This document shows positions 22,247 through 46,545 of a stretch of DNA of 64,000 nucleotides, piece by piece (position 1 is the first letter of the stretch; each line of letters begins with the position of its first letter). The DNA lies in the NCBI RefSeq assembly GCF_009914755.1, contig NC_060931.1; one strand, written 5' to 3'. The translations under genes and the position numbers were made by a program. The stretch comes from the human T2T-CHM13v2.0 reference genome, Homo sapiens. The notes beneath the pieces are model-generated. The model made no database searches. It was not told the DNA's origin and saw only the letters and a list, made by a program, of their open reading frames with translations.

Positions 22247-23043
22247 TGATCTCGGCTCACTGCAACCTCCACTCCTGGGTGCAAGTGATTCTCCTACCTC
22301 AGCCTCCTGAGTAGCTGGGACTACAGGTGTGCACCACCACACCCAGCTAATTTTTGTATTTTTAATAGAGACGGGGTTTCACGGCATTAGCCAGTTTGTT
22401 CTCAATCTCTTGACCTTGTGATCCACCTGCCTCGGCCTCCCAAAGTGCTGGCATTACAGACATGAGCCACTGCGCCCGGCCTAACAAAATTTTTATGTAG
22501 AGATGGGGGTCTCACTATGTTGTCCAGGCTGGTCTTGAACTCCTGGGTTCCAGTGATTGTCCCACCTCAGTCTCCTAAGTAGCTGGGATTTTTTTTCTTA
22601 TTTTTTGTACAGACAGGGTCTCGCTATGTTGCCCAGGCTGGTCTCCAACTCCTGGGCTCAAGCAATTCTCCTGCCTCAGCCTCCCAAAGTGCTGGGATTA
22701 CAGGTGTGCGCCACCGCACCCAGCTGAATGTCCTAATTCCTGAAAAGGCTTTCAGTTCTCTTGGCTTCTCCTGAATGAAGGCAAACTCTTCCAGATGTCT
22801 CTCTCTTGTTATTCACTATCCTGCATCATTTTCTCTCCTGGATTTAGGATAAGAAGTGTACTACTGGGGGCTGGGTGCTGTGGCTCACGCCTGTAATCCC
22901 AGGACTTTGGGAGGCTGAGGCAGGTGGATCACAAGCTCAGGAGATCGAGACCATCCTGGCTAACGTGGTGAAACGCCATCTCTACTAAAAATACAAAAAA
23001 TTAGCCAGGCGTGGTGGCGGGCATCTGTAGTCCCAGCTACTCA

Positions 23044-23166
<123 letters not shown>

Positions 23167-23287
23167 TCAGCTACTGGGGCTTGGATTTTGCCTGGCACTT
23201 CCATCGATACCCCCATCACCATCACCATCACAATCTTCATCATTTAATAAGTACAGCAATATTACATAACTATTTTTTTTTTTATAG

Positions 23288-23573
<286 letters not shown>

Positions 23574-24787
23574 TGAATTGCTCACTTTAAAATGGTTAAT
23601 TTCATGTGAATTTCACCTCAATAAATTAAAAAGGTATGAAACCACACAGCAGAGAAATTCCATGTCTCATTATTTCTAGTGCTATTGGCGCCTAAAAGCC
23701 CATTGTCCTTTGCTGGAAGCTCACTGTGTCCACCAGACGTGTTCAGGCCTCAGTAACCATTCCCGGAGCCTCCCGTGGTAACCCTTGCTGGGCAGAGTTT
23801 CGGCCTCACTGTCCTCCCCTCCCATTTCAGTGTCATGTCTGACACATCCTGTTAACACTAAAGTTGAAATGGGACAGGATGTCCACAGACTTGAAGGCTC
23901 TCCAAGTGGTGACTCGGGGAGGTGGATTCTTGCTGTACCTGCCCCACAGAGGCTGGGACAGCTCCTGGTTGCTTCCAGAAAACCGACAGACAGAACTGCC
24001 AGGCCACATACTCAGGTACTCTCTCCAGAGAGCATGACAAGGCAGCTTTCTAATTGCTGGGTGGCCGCCGAGTGCTGTGACCCTCTGAGACACGTCACCC
24101 AGCAGGTTCTCCAAGAAGCACCAATTGTCTCACAAGCTGTAGGAGGCCCCAGCAGGACCAACCTGGCCACAAGTGAGGAAGGGGATCTGGGAGCCCTCTT
24201 GGCAAGGCCAGAAAGAAACTGAGAGCAAAAAGCAGCCAAAAATGTTCCCAGCAGAGGCACCCAAACAAATCCTTGTATGTGAATACTCACAGCAGCACTG
24301 TTCACAATAACCAAAAGGTGGGAACAGGCCGTATGTCCATCCACAGATGGAGAAACAAATGGTAATAAATCCACACAGTGGAATACTACTCGGCCACCAA
24401 AAGGAAGGAAGCGGCTGGGTGAGGGGGCTCACACCTGTAATCCCAGCGCTTTGGGAGGCCCAGGTAGGAGAATCACATGACCCCAGGAGTTCAAGACCAG
24501 CCTGGACAACATAGCAAGACCGCATTTATAAAAAATAAAATAAAATATAGCCAGGCATAGTGTCACGCACCTGTGGTCCCAGCTACTCAGGGAGCTGAGG
24601 TGGGAGAATCACTCGAGCCCAGGAGGTTGAGGTTGGCCAGAGTTGTGATCATGCCACTGCACTCTACCCTAGGTGACAGAGTGAGACCCTGTCTCAAACA
24701 AAAAAGAGGGAAGGAAGAGCTGATGCATGAAACAATGTGAATGAATTTCAGAAACATTATCTTTTTTTTTTTTTTTTTTTTTTTTAG

Positions 24788-24943
<156 letters not shown>

Positions 24944-24994
24944 TAGTAGAGACAGGGTTTTACCATGTTGGTCAGGACGGTCTCAATCCCTTAA

Positions 24995-25249
<255 letters not shown>

Positions 25250-25532
25250 TGATTCCATTTATAGGAAATATCTAGAATAAGTAAATCCATAGAGACAGAA
25301 AGCAAATTGATGGTTGCCAGGGGCTGGGGTGGGAGTAGAACGATGAGAAACTGCTTAATGGGAATGAGGTTTCCTTTTCATGATGTTAAAACATTTTGGA
25401 ACAGCCGGGCACAGTGGCTACAGCCTGCAACCCCAGCACTTTGGGAGGCCAAGGTGAGAGAATCACTTGAGGCCAGGAGTTCGAGAGCAGCCTGGGCAAT
25501 ATAGTGAGATCTTGTCTCTACTAAAAACTTAA

Positions 25533-25688
<156 letters not shown>

Positions 25689-25864
25689 TAATCTCAGCTA
25701 CTCAGGAGGCAGAGGCAGAAGAATTGCTTGAATCCAGGAGGCAGTGGTTGCAGTGAGCCGAGATGGCACTATTGCACTCCAGCCTGGGTGACAGAGGGAG
25801 ACTCCATCTCAAAAAAAAAAATTAAATATACATATATACACGTATATATATTGATACTAGATAG

Positions 25865-26556
<692 letters not shown>

Positions 26557-26947
26557 TAATTTGCCTGCCTCGACTTCCCAAAGTGCTAGGATTACAGGCA
26601 TGAGCCACCCACCACACCCAGCCATATATATTTTATGTGACAAAATATATAACATATATATTTTATTGTGATAAAATATGTGTACATTTTACCATTTTAA
26701 CCACTTGTAAGCGACCAGTTGAGTGGCACTAAGCACATTCACAGTGTTGTGCAACCATCACCACCATCCATCTCCAGAACTTCCTTATCTTCCCAATCTG
26801 AAACTCTGCACCCGTCAAACACTCCCCATTCTCCTTCCTCCCAGCCCCCTACAACCACCATACCTTCTATCTCTATGAATTTTACTGCTCTAGGGACCTC
26901 ATATAACTGGGATCGTATAGCATTAGTCCTTTTGTGACTAAAATGGT

Positions 26948-27929
<982 letters not shown>

Positions 27930-28017
27930 ATGGTTAATATCATGTTGTGTGAATTTCACCTGTATTTCAAAAATTTTCACAATCCCAGCACTTTTGGAGG
28001 CCGAGGCGGGCAGATCA

Positions 28018-28236
<219 letters not shown>

Positions 28237-28963
28237 TCAAAAAAACAAAAACAACAACAATATCAGCCTCGTCTTTACCCTATTTTAGCCAAGGACTGAA
28301 TCTGAGTTGAGGTGACCACAACCCCTTCTGAATCTACTCACCACTGTCATCCCCAGGGACAAGACTGACTTGGCAGGGGATCAGAATCAGTGCGTACGGT
28401 GGCAGCTGCAGCCAAGCCCTGTCCTTAGGGGGCCTGTGAGATCCTGGTAGGAGGAAATGCTGTCCAGAGCCTCAGACAACGACTCCATGGGCAGATCTCA
28501 AGTTTAAGTGCATAAGAAAAGTGGCTCCACTGTGGTTTCCTCTCTAAGTGTTCAAGAGCAGACAGCTCATTTCTGCTAATGGAAAGGGCTGTATCCGCTT
28601 CCCGGATTTTGTGAATGGGGTAAAAACCCATGAGAAAAATCTTCTATGCAGCCCTGCCAATTGCACCCCATCTATTTGTTTTCTGAGCATAACTTCAGGT
28701 TAATTATTTATAATGGGGCTACAAATGAAGTGTTAGGAGTAGACAGGCTTCCTCTTCTAATTGCCAGGTTTCTGAGAAGGAGTCTTAGCCTGGAGGGATT
28801 TTTGTGATGAGAATGAAAGAAAATGGAAAAAGGTGAAATGTGCTTTGGCCTGCTCCAGAAAACAGCCACAGTACTACCGAGAATTAAAAGGAAAAATTAC
28901 GGCTGGGCGCAGTGGCTCACACGTGTAATCCTAGCACTTTGGGAGGCCAAAGCGGGCAGATCA

Positions 28964-29416
<453 letters not shown>

Positions 29417-29446
29417 TCAAGCAATTCTTCTGCCTCAGCCTCCTGA

Positions 29447-30024
<578 letters not shown>

Positions 30025-30621
30025 TCACGAGGTCAGGAGATCGAGACCATCCTGGCTAACATGGTGAAACCCCGTCTCTACTAAAAAATACAAAAAATTA
30101 GCCAGGCGTTGTGGCAGGCACCTGTAGTCCCAGCTACTCAGCAGGCTGAGGCAGGAGAATGGCATGAACCCGGGAGGCAGTGCTTGTAGGGTGCCAAGAT
30201 GGCGCCACCACACTCCAGCCTGGGCAACAGAGCGAGACTCCATCTCAAAAAAACAACAACAAAGAAAACCTAGCCTGATACGGTGGCTCATGCCAGTAGT
30301 CCTAGATATTCAGGAGGCCAGGGTGAGAGGATCACTTGAGACCAAGAGTTGGAGGCTGCAGTGAGCTAAGATCACACCACTGCACTCTAGCCTGGGCAAC
30401 AGAGTGAGACCCTGTCTCAAAAAAAAAAAAAAAAAAAAAAAAGAAGGCTGGGCGAAGTGGCTCACACCTATAATCCCAGAACTTTGGGAGGTTGAGTTGG
30501 GCAGATCACTTGAGGTCAGGAGTTCAAGACCAGCCTGGCCAAGATGGTGAAACCTCATCTCTACTAAAAATACAAAAATTAGCCGGGTGTGGTGGTGGGT
30601 ACCTGTAATCTCAGCTACTCA

Positions 30622-30759
<138 letters not shown>

Positions 30760-31620
30760 TTAGTAGCTTAATTTCGATTGCTGGAAGATTTTCCAATCCT
30801 GCCATGTAGGTCTGAGATTCTGTGGATTCTGAGGCTCATGTTACTTCCTCACATTGCACTCTGTGCATCTCAGCAAGAATTATTCATTTAGGGGTGAAAT
30901 TTAATAACACATACATTTATTCTAGACATTGCATTTGCCTGTCCCAGAGGATCAAAACAAAGTGTCTCCTAGAAAACCCAAGACAAGGAGTGAAGATGAG
31001 GCTGTGAGTCTCAGGTCAAGAAACACCACAAAAGACTGAAGACACGGAAAGATGATAAAGTGTGATGCCTACCCTCTTCTGATGTTAACCGCCAAACCAC
31101 CAGCCCCCTGAATGGAGTGGGCACCATAGTGCACAGGAACAAGTTGGTAATGTCGTTTGCAACCAGGCACAGTGGCTGATGCCTGTAATCCCAGCACTTT
31201 GGGAGACCAAAGCAGGCGAATCACTTGAGGTCAGGAGTTCGAGACCAGCCTCACCAAGAGTGTGAAACCCCATCTCTACTAAAAATACAAAAATTAGCCA
31301 GGTGTGGTGTACACCTACAGTCCCAGCTACTCAGGAGGCTGAGGCAGGAGGATTGCTTGAGCCTGGAAGCTGGAGGCTGCAGTGAGCTATGATGGCCCCA
31401 CTACACTACACCTGGGCGACAGGGCAAGACCCTGTCTCAATACCAAACAAACAAAAAAGGCCGGGAACAGTGGCTCACGCCTGTAATCCCCGTATTTTGG
31501 GAGGACAAGGCAGGTGGGTCACTTGACGTCAGGAGTTCGAGACCAGCCTGTCCAACATGGTGAAACCCTGTCTCTACTAAAAATACAAAAATTAGCAGGA
31601 GTGGTGGTGCACACCTGTAA

Positions 31621-31992
<372 letters not shown>

Positions 31993-32674
31993 TGATTCAC
32001 CCGCCTCGGCCTCCCAAAGTGCTGGGATTACAGGCGTGAGCCACCGCACCTGGCCCCCAGCTTTTATTTTTATTTTATTTTATTTTATTTTGGGACGGAG
32101 TCTCACTCTGTCATCCAGGCTCCATCTCAGCTCACTGCAAGCTCCGCCTCCCAGATTCACGCCATTCTCCTGCCTCAGCCTCCCAAGTAGCTGGGACTAC
32201 AGGTGCCCGCCACCATGCCCAGCTAATTTTTTGTATTTTTAGTAGAGACGGGGTTTCACCGTGTCAGCCAGGATGGTCTCGATCTCCTGACCTCGTGATC
32301 CACCAGCCTCGGCCTCCCAAAGTGCTGGGATTACAGGTGTGAGCCACTGCGCCCGGCCATTTTTTAAGAGTGAGAGTCTCTCTATCTTTTTATTTTATTT
32401 TATTTTATTTTATTTTAAGTTCTGGGATACGTGTGCAGGATGTGGCAGGTTTGTTACCTAGTTAAACATGCTCTATCTCTTTAAAAAATAAAAAATAAAA
32501 GACCGGGCACGGTGGCTCACACCTGTAATCCCAGCACTTTGGGAGGCCAACGTGGGCAGATCACCTGAGGTTAGGAATTCGAGACCAGCCTGACCAAGAT
32601 GAAGAAACCCTTCTCTACTAAAAATACAAAATTAGTCAGGCATGGTGGCACATGCCTGTAATCCCAGCTACTCA

Positions 32675-32779
<105 letters not shown>

Positions 32780-33079
32780 TCAAAAAAATAAAATAAATTT
32801 TTAAAAACTGGGCCCGATGAGTCACTCCTGTAATCCCAGCACTTGGGAGGTCAAGGTGGGAGAATCACTTGACCCCAGGAGTTCGAGACCAGCCTGGGCA
32901 ACGTCGTGACACCCTGTCTCTACAAAAAAAAATTAAAATTAGCTGAATGTGGCTAAGCTAATTTTTAAAAAATTAAGATCATAGTTCACTTAGGCTTCCA
33001 AATCCCGTCCTCAAGTGTTCCTCTCACCTCAGCCTCCCAAATAGGTAGGCCTACAGGCATGTGCCGCCATATCAGACTA

Positions 33080-33710
<631 letters not shown>

Positions 33711-33802
33711 GGCCAGGTGCGGTGGCTCATGCCTGTAATCCAAGCACTTTGGGAGGCTGAGGTGGGCAGATCACTTGAGGTCAGTGGTTTGAGACCAGCC
33801 TA

Positions 33803-34372
<570 letters not shown>

Positions 34373-35050
34373 TCAGCTACTGGGAAGGGTGAGATGAGAG
34401 GATCACTTGAGCCTGGGAGGTCAAGGCTGCAGTGAGCTATGATTACATAACTGCACTCCAGCCTGGGCGACAAAGAAGGACCCTCTCTTAAGAAAAAAAA
34501 AAAAAAAAGCCAGGCGCGGTGGCTCACGCCTGTAATCCCAGCACTTTGGGAGGCTGAGGCTGGTGGATCATGAGGTCAAGAGATGGAGACCATCCTGGCT
34601 AACACACTGAAACCCCGTCTCTACTAAAAAAATTAGCTGGGCGTGGTGGTGGGCGCCTGTAGTCCCAGCTACTCAGGAGGCTGAGGCAGGAGAATGGCAT
34701 GAACCCCAGGAGGCAGAGCTTGCCGTGAGCCGAGATCGTGCCACTGCACTCCAGCCTGGGCGACAGAGCAAGACTCTGTCTCGAAAAAAAAGAGGCCGGG
34801 CACAGTGGTTCACGCCTGCAGTCCCAGCACTTTGGAAGGCTGAGACGGGTGAATCACCTGAGGTCAGGAGTTTGAGACCAGCCTGACCAACATGGTGAAA
34901 CCCCATCTCTACTAAAAATACAAAATTAGCAGGGTGTGGTGGTGCGTGCCTGTAATCCCAGCTATTTGGGAGGCTGAGGCAGAAAACCCTGTCTCTACTA
35001 AAAGTACAAAATTAGCAGGGCATGGTGGTGCATTCCTGTAATTCCAGCTA

Positions 35051-35514
<464 letters not shown>

Positions 35515-35867
35515 TTAATTTTCCTGCCTCTATTTTCCTGAACTTTCTATATATTCTGCTATGTGGACATACATTCTAATAGTCAAAAAAATAAACTTTA
35601 GTTTTTAAATGCAGACTGGTTGAACAAAGGAAGAATTGCAGTTTCCACTGTAGCCTTTCTCCATAGTTGAAGGATGCAAGTGAAAAAATAAAACACAATG
35701 CTTTCAAATATAGCAACCTCCCTTAGCGATCTTTTCAGAGATGAGAAATTGTTCTCTGAAACAATTTTTTAAAAACAGTATTTACAGTCTGGGCAACATG
35801 GCAAAACCCCGTCTCTACTAAAAATACAAATATTAGCCGGGTGCGGTGGCACATGCCTGTAGTCTCA

Positions 35868-36011
<144 letters not shown>

Positions 36012-36928
36012 TTAAGAAAATATTGAAAATAAAGGTCATGCATGTTTATAGCATCCTGATTTGTCATCGTGTTTTGTTTTAGCCTGCCCTTACTCTCTTT
36101 AATTCCGCCATGAATCTGCAAGACATAGCCGGGGTGCAGCTAAAATTTCGCCTTTGCTAATAACTTAGTTTATGAATGTTACAAATATAACTGGTTTGTA
36201 AGAGAGAAAGCAGATTCTTGGCAAAAATTGAATGTCTCTTAAGATGGGCTTAATTAAAACAAAACACTCTAAATAAAATATCTCATCAGCACACATGAAA
36301 ATTTTAGAAGCTGAATATGACAAAGTAGGTTTAAAGACATTAAGAATATTTAAAGCAAACATTCTTCTGTTTAAAGAGTCCCAAAATATGTCCGGGAGTA
36401 CACAAAACATCAAGACCACAGAACAAAGACTCTGTGCTTGAAATTGTTAAATGCACCTTAAAAAGAACAAGAAATATGACTGTAATCTCGCTGAGATTAG
36501 ACAAAACCAGGAAGGTGATAAAATAACAGAAGGAAGTACCTTTCAACATAAGAATTTTCAGCTTTATTCAAGAGACCTTAGCTCTAAAAAAAAAATTAAA
36601 AAAAAAAGTGACAGTGGCAAGTAGCCACATTCGAGGCAAAACTTAATGGTTAAAAGACAATTTAAGAAGTTATTTCCAGCCAGGCGCAGTGACTCACGCC
36701 TGTAATCCCAGCACTTTGGGAGGCCAAGGCGGACGGTTCACCTGAGGTCAGGAGTTCGAAACCACCCTGGCCAACATGGAGAAACCCCTCTCTACTAAAA
36801 ATACTAAAATTAGGCCGGCATGGTGGCTCACGCCTGTAATCCCAGCACTTTGGGAGGCTGAGGAGGGTGGCATGAGATTGGGAGACCAAGACCATACTGG
36901 CTAACACGGTGAAACCCCATCGCTACTA

Positions 36929-37084
<156 letters not shown>

Positions 37085-37087
37085 CTA

Positions 37088-37330
<243 letters not shown>

Positions 37331-37675
37331 TTATTTGTTCAGTTTATTATGAAGTTTTACTACATTTTCCAAAGTGATCTTAGCCACATATCATGTAAAT
37401 AACAAAGAACAAAGTTCTCCCATTTGAATTTCTGAAACAGATGAGATTTATAGGGGCTCCTCTTGGAGTTTCATATTCCAAATGGTCAGTTAAAAACAAC
37501 CTCTGAAGAGCAACAACCTTTAAAATGTATTTGCCAAAAAGCAAGCATTACATTTTTTTTAAATTTTTTTATTTACTTTTTTTTCTTTTTTTTGAGACGG
37601 AGTCTCGCTCTGTCGCCCAGGCTGGAGTGCAATGGTGTGATCTCCACTCACTGCAACCTCCACCTCCCAGGCTAA

Positions 37676-37984
<309 letters not shown>

Positions 37985-37987
37985 TGA

Positions 37988-38655
<668 letters not shown>

Positions 38656-39101
38656 TAAGTAGAGACGAGGTCTCGCTATGCTGTCCAGCCTGGTCTTGAA
38701 CTTCTGGCCTCAAGCAATCCTCCTATCTCATCCTCCCAAAGTTCTGGGATTACAGGCGTGAGCTAACAAACCTGGCTGCCAAATGTTTAAGTAGCAAATG
38801 TTGCAATTAAATATATCATTTTTAATCTTTATATCTGGAATTCTCAGTGCCTGAAAGGGTTCATGTATGATTTTTCCTAGATGGGTAGACTCCAAATATT
38901 TACGTTTCCCAAGTAAACATCCTACTTTTCTGTTTCCAAATACATCAAACACTCTTGAGTATTATCACATTCTTTACCCTTTTTTTCCAGGGAGGATCTT
39001 GGGGGTGTGCTGGGATAAAGTGAGCTAAAGTATTTCATTACAATGACTTCCATGTCCCTAAATGTTGGTGTTTTTTGTTTTTTGCTTTTTGCTTTTTTTG
39101 A

Positions 39102-39203
<102 letters not shown>

Positions 39204-39634
39204 TGAGTAGCTGGGATTACAGGCACGTGCCGCTATGCCCAGCTAATTTTTTTTGTTTGTGTGTTTTTTGGAGACGGCATCTCACTCTGTCGCCCAGGCT
39301 GGAGTGCAGTGGCACAATCTCAGCTCACTGCTAGCTCCGCCTCCCAGGTTCACGCCATTCTCCTGCCTCAGCCTCCCGAGTAGCTGGGACTACAGGTGCC
39401 TGCCACCACGCCCGGCTAATTTTTTGTATTTTTTTAGGTAGAGATGGGGTTTCACCATGTCAGCCAGAATGGTCTCAATCTCCTGACCTTGTGATCCGCC
39501 CACCTCGGCCTCCCAAAGTGCTGGGATTACAGGTGTGAGGCACCACTCCTGGCCACCCAGCTAATTTTTGTATTTTTAGTAGAGACAGGGTTTTGCCATG
39601 TTGGTGAGGCTGGTCTTGAACTCCTGACCTCAAA

Positions 39635-39852
39635 TGAGACCTGATGGTTTTATAAAGGGGAGTTCCCCTGCACATACCCTCTTGGCCTGCTGCCATGTAA
39701 GATGTGCCTTTGCTCCTGCTTCGCCTTCCACCATGATTGTGAGAGCTCCCCAGCCATGTGAAACTGTGAGTCCATTAAACCTTTATTAATTCTTTATAAA
39801 TTACCCAGTCTCAGGTATGTCTTTATTAGCAGTATAAGAATGAACTAATACA
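39635..39852 (+). mobile_element. 3' half of a THE1/MST LTR
   Basis: ctgatggttttataaaggggagttcccctgc...ccatgattgtgag...tccattaaacct...gaactaataca. Confidence 0.85.
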
Positions 39853-40325
39853 CAGGCATATTCACAAGAGCCAAAAGGTGGAACCAGCCCAAGTGTCCAT
39901 AACGGATGAATGGATTAACAAAATGTGGTCCATCCATACAATGGAATATTATTCAACCTTAACAGGGTAGAAATTCTGACACCTGCTGCAACACGGACAA
40001 GCCTGGAAGACAAAGGACAAATACTAGATGCCACTTATGTGAGTCACCTCATACATGCTTTATATGATTCCACTTATATGAGGTCACTAGAGTAGTCAAA
40101 TTCATAGACAGGGAAAGTAGAATGGTAGATGCCAGGCTCTGGGGGAGGGGGAATGGGGAATGAGGGTTTAATGGGGTCAGAGTTACTGTTTTGCAAGGTG
40201 AAAAAATGTTCTCGATGGTGATGATGGTTGCACCATGTGCATGTATTTAATGACACTGAACTGGTTGCTTAAAAAATGGTTACAATGGGAAATTTTACAT
40301 GATGTATATGATAAAATTTTTTTAA
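39853..40325 (+). mobile_element. L1MB-like 3'UTR fragment
   Basis: aaaatgtggtccatccatacaatggaatattattc; agagtagtcaaattcatagacag; gatggttgcacc. Confidence 0.8.
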
Positions 40326-40462
40326 AGACAATAAGGGCTGAGATCTTTTTCCACAGCTCTTATCATATTAAAAAAAAAATTTTTAATGATAATCTGAGCA
40401 AGATTACCATTTTAGCCCAGGCAGTCAGAATCCTTTTCATACTTTTATTCACACTCAATTAA

Positions 40463-40687
<225 letters not shown>

Positions 40688-41641
40688 TAGCCAGGATGGT
40701 CTCGATCTCCTGACCTCTTGATCCGCCCACCTCGGCCTCCCAAAGTGCTGGGATTACAGGCATGAGCCACCGCGCCCAGCCAAAACCTGCTCTTTAAAGA
40801 TAGAATTGTGTTCTAAATCATTGTGCCATTGTGAATAATATTTATGCAAAGAGGATTATGTAATTCATACGCTTCTATTATCCAGAATGAAGGAAGAATA
40901 TTCTAGATATTCAGGAGCAATGCCTTACATGGCTGAAATATTTATCCCAACTTTTTTATTGTAAATATGTGTAAACTGGGAAATCATACTACTGTGCTAA
41001 AACGTTAAAAAACGTTTTGTTTTGTTTTTGTTTTTTTTTAAAGAAGCAAAGATGTAAAGGCAGGGAGGCAGCTACTTGGGAGGCTGGCATGGGAGGATTA
41101 CCTGAGCCTGGGAAGGTTGAGGCTGCAGTGAGCTGTGTGATCACACCACTGCACTCCAGCCTGGGTACAGAGCAAGACCCCGTCTTTAAAAAAAAAAAAA
41201 AAAAGGCAGGGAGGAAGTGGGCCATATGGGCTTCTGGGGAAAAATAGCCCAAAGAAGGTGCTGCAGGGCAAAGCTCTCAGCCCGCAGCTCTCGACTGGGC
41301 TTCCAGAAACGCCCAGAGGCTGGTGTGGCCGCAGTCAGAAGGGAGGCAGGAGAGGTCAGAGAACAGGGCATGGAGGAAGCAGGGGCCAGGAGGCATTGTT
41401 AGGACTTTGATTTTCAGTCTGAGTCAGAAGGGCAGCCAGGAGCTTTTGTGCAGAACATCAGATCAATTTCAAGAAAGTAGCAGACACAGAGTTCTGTTTT
41501 CAGGATTTAAGGTAGCTTGAAACCTGAAGTTGCTTTTCCCTGCTGTTTAATTTACACCAGCAACAGGAGACTCCTAGAATGAAACTAGGGGTTAGGAAGT
41601 TACAGGCCATGAAGAAAACTTTAGGAAGTTACAGGCCGTTA

Positions 41642-41902
<261 letters not shown>

Positions 41903-42202
41903 TTAAAATAGGGATGGGGTCTTGCTATGTTGCCAGGGCTAGTCTCAAACTCCTGGGCTCAAGCGATCCTCCTGCCTCAGCCTCCCAAAATGCTGGGATT
42001 ACAGGTTAGAGCCTCTGGGAACCCATACAATAGAATATTAATCAACCTTTAAAAGGAAACTGGGCAAACTGCTCACTGGAATAAAATCTCTTTTCTCCAA
42101 ATTCCTTTTCATGAAACTTTTGTTCACATATGCCAGTCACAGAAAAGACAAATACTGTGTGATTCCATTTGTATGAGGTCCCTAGAGTAGTCAAATTCAT
42201 AG

Positions 42203-42439
<237 letters not shown>

Positions 42440-42442
42440 TAG

Positions 42443-42598
<156 letters not shown>

Positions 42599-42868
42599 TT
42601 ATTCAAAATTCTGGAGATTGGTTGCACCACAATGTGAATATACTTAACTCCACCGAACTGTACGCATAAAAATGTTTAAGACAATAAATTTCATGTTATG
42701 TATTTTTGCTTACAATTAAAAGAAAATATATGGGAGCAGATATAAATTTCCTCAGGATTTAGAAAATCTATTTCATCAACATTTTTAAAACCTTTCTTCC
42801 ATTTTAACATACATATATTTTATGATGTTCTTTGGAATTTTATTGAATTATTTTCAATATATCTTTCA

Positions 42869-43184
<316 letters not shown>

Positions 43185-43223
43185 TTAATCAATTAAGTAA
43201 TTAATTAAAGTTCTATCGTGTGA

Positions 43224-43460
<237 letters not shown>

Positions 43461-43574
43461 TGACCTCAAGTGATCCCCCCGCCTCGGTCTCCCAAAGTGC
43501 TGGGATTACAGGCGTGAGCCACCGTGCCTGGCCCAATCTGATAAATTTATTAGATAATTCAAGACATCTGTGTA

Positions 43575-43742
43575 CGCCACTGTTTCACAAAGTGTAGTCC
43601 ATAAACTGGGGTGCCTGAATAGATGCTGGGACCCTAGGAGAATCTGCATCTTTGCAGATTGGGGGATTACACTTGGCCATCTGTACTTCTGTTAAGTTTT
43701 TCCAGTGATTTTTATCACCAGTCAAGCTTGAGAGCTACTGAT
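43575..43742. mobile_element. MER5-like hAT DNA transposon remnant
   Basis: cactgtttcacaaagtgtagtcc...ccagtcaagcttgagagctactg, degenerate MER5 termini. Confidence 0.55.
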
Positions 43743-44412
43743 ACAGTTTATACAACCGAAGTTAGGGAACGCTCCAAATAAAACAAACATTTTGCATGGT
43801 TTGGAATAAAAACACTAGGGAGTCGACGAAAGTGACAATGACCTTATGTAATTTTCTGTTGTTAAAAGAGCACAAAGTCTTCCAAATGTCAAATACAAAA
43901 TGAATCCTATGAGGATAACAGTCCCCAAGGGGTGATAATTTACAAACGCTAGATCTAGGAACTTCAGTGAACTTAATTTTCATTCGTCTAATTTCATGTG
44001 TAACAACTGCTCTGGACATAAAGAAGAAAATGTTGTAAGTTGTCAGGGCATTTCAGTTATCACATCTGCCATTATTCCATCAGTTCCAAGGGCCAATTGG
44101 GCTCATTAGTCTGCCAGAAATATCCCATGTCCATGTACAGAGGAATGGTTAAACATTATAGTATGTCTATTCAATGGAATATTACTCAGCCATAAAAAGG
44201 GATGAAGCACTGATTCATGCTACAACACTGATGAGCCTCAAACACGTTATGCTAAGTGAAAGAAGCCAGACACAAAAGGCTCACATATTGTATGATTTTA
44301 TTTATATGAAATATTCAAGGCCAGGCGCGGTGGCTCAAGCCTGTAATCCTAGCACTTTGGGAGGCCGAGGTGGGTGGATCATGAGGTCAGGAGATCGAGA
44401 CCATCCTGGCTA

Positions 44413-44703
<291 letters not shown>

Positions 44704-44862
44704 CTAGGAGGTTGAGGCTGCAGTGAGCTGTGACTGCACCACTTCAGTCCAGCCTGGGGAGCAGTGAGACCTCATCTCAAAAGAAAATAAAAGAAATCCG
44801 GCCAGGTGCAGTGGCTCACGCCTGTAATCCCAGCACTTTGGGAGGCTAAGGCAGGCAGATCA

Positions 44863-45219
<357 letters not shown>

Positions 45220-46239
45220 TTAGGGGTGGGTGAAATGGGGAGCAATTGCTTAATGGGTACAGGTTTCTTTTTGGGGTGATGTTTTGGAACTAGATAGAGG
45301 TAGTATTTGCACAAAGTATATTAAATGCCACTGGAATTGTTTACTTTAAAATGGTAAATGTGGCCAGATGTGGTGGCTCACGCCTGCAATCTCAACACTT
45401 TGGGGGACTGAGGTTGAAGGATTGCTTGAGCTCAAGAGTTCAAGTCCAGACTGGGCAACAGAGCAAGACCCTGTCTCTCCAAAAAAAAACAAAAAAATAG
45501 TAATTACCTGGGCATAATGGCATGAAACTATAGTCCCAGGTACTTGGGAGGCTGAGGCAGAAGGATTGCCTGAGCGCAGTTCAAGTTGCAGTGAGCTATG
45601 ATCGTACCACTGCACTCCAGTCTGGGTGACAAAGCAAGACCCTGTCTCAAAACAAAACAACACAAAAAAACAAAAAAACACAGGCTGGGTGCAGTGGCTC
45701 ATGTCTGTAATCCCAGCACTTTGGGAGAATGAGGCAGGAGGATCACTTGAACCCAGGAGGCGAAGGTTTCAGTGAGCCGAGACCTCACCATTTCATTCTA
45801 GCCTAGGCAACAGGAGTAAAACCCTGTCTCAAAAAAAAAAAGGCACACAAGCATGTGAGATTAGCAACCACGAGGCTGAAAATTAACTTTGTTTTGTTGT
45901 TTTGGGTTTTTTTGTTGTTGTTGTTTTGTTTTTTTGGAATGGAGCCTCGCTCTGTTGCCCAGGCTGGAGTGCAGTGGTGCCATCTCGGCTCACTGCAAGC
46001 TCCACCTCCCGGGTTCATGCCCATTCTCCTGCCTCAGCCTCCTGTGGTGGTTTTTTTTTTTTTTTTTTTGGAAGAGATGGGGAGCAGTGGTCTCTGCATG
46101 TTGCCCAGGCTGGTCTCGAACTCCTGGCCTCAAGCAATCCTCCTGTCTTGGTCTCCCAAAGTGCTGGGTTCCAGGTCTGAGCCACAGTGCCCAGCAAAAA
46201 TCAGTATTTAATGTTAATTTTTACCAGGCTGCTAGCTAG

Positions 46240-46545
<306 letters not shown>

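Noticed and set aside
23785-24222. 145-aa plus-strand ORF with possible AG/GT boundaries
   Set aside because: No recognisable homology; better explained as the antisense of the minus-strand fossil exon, although a lncRNA exon cannot be excluded.
41592-41637. Direct repeat ttaggaagttacaggcc x2
   Set aside because: A simple ~29-bp tandem duplication with two copies only; not an array.
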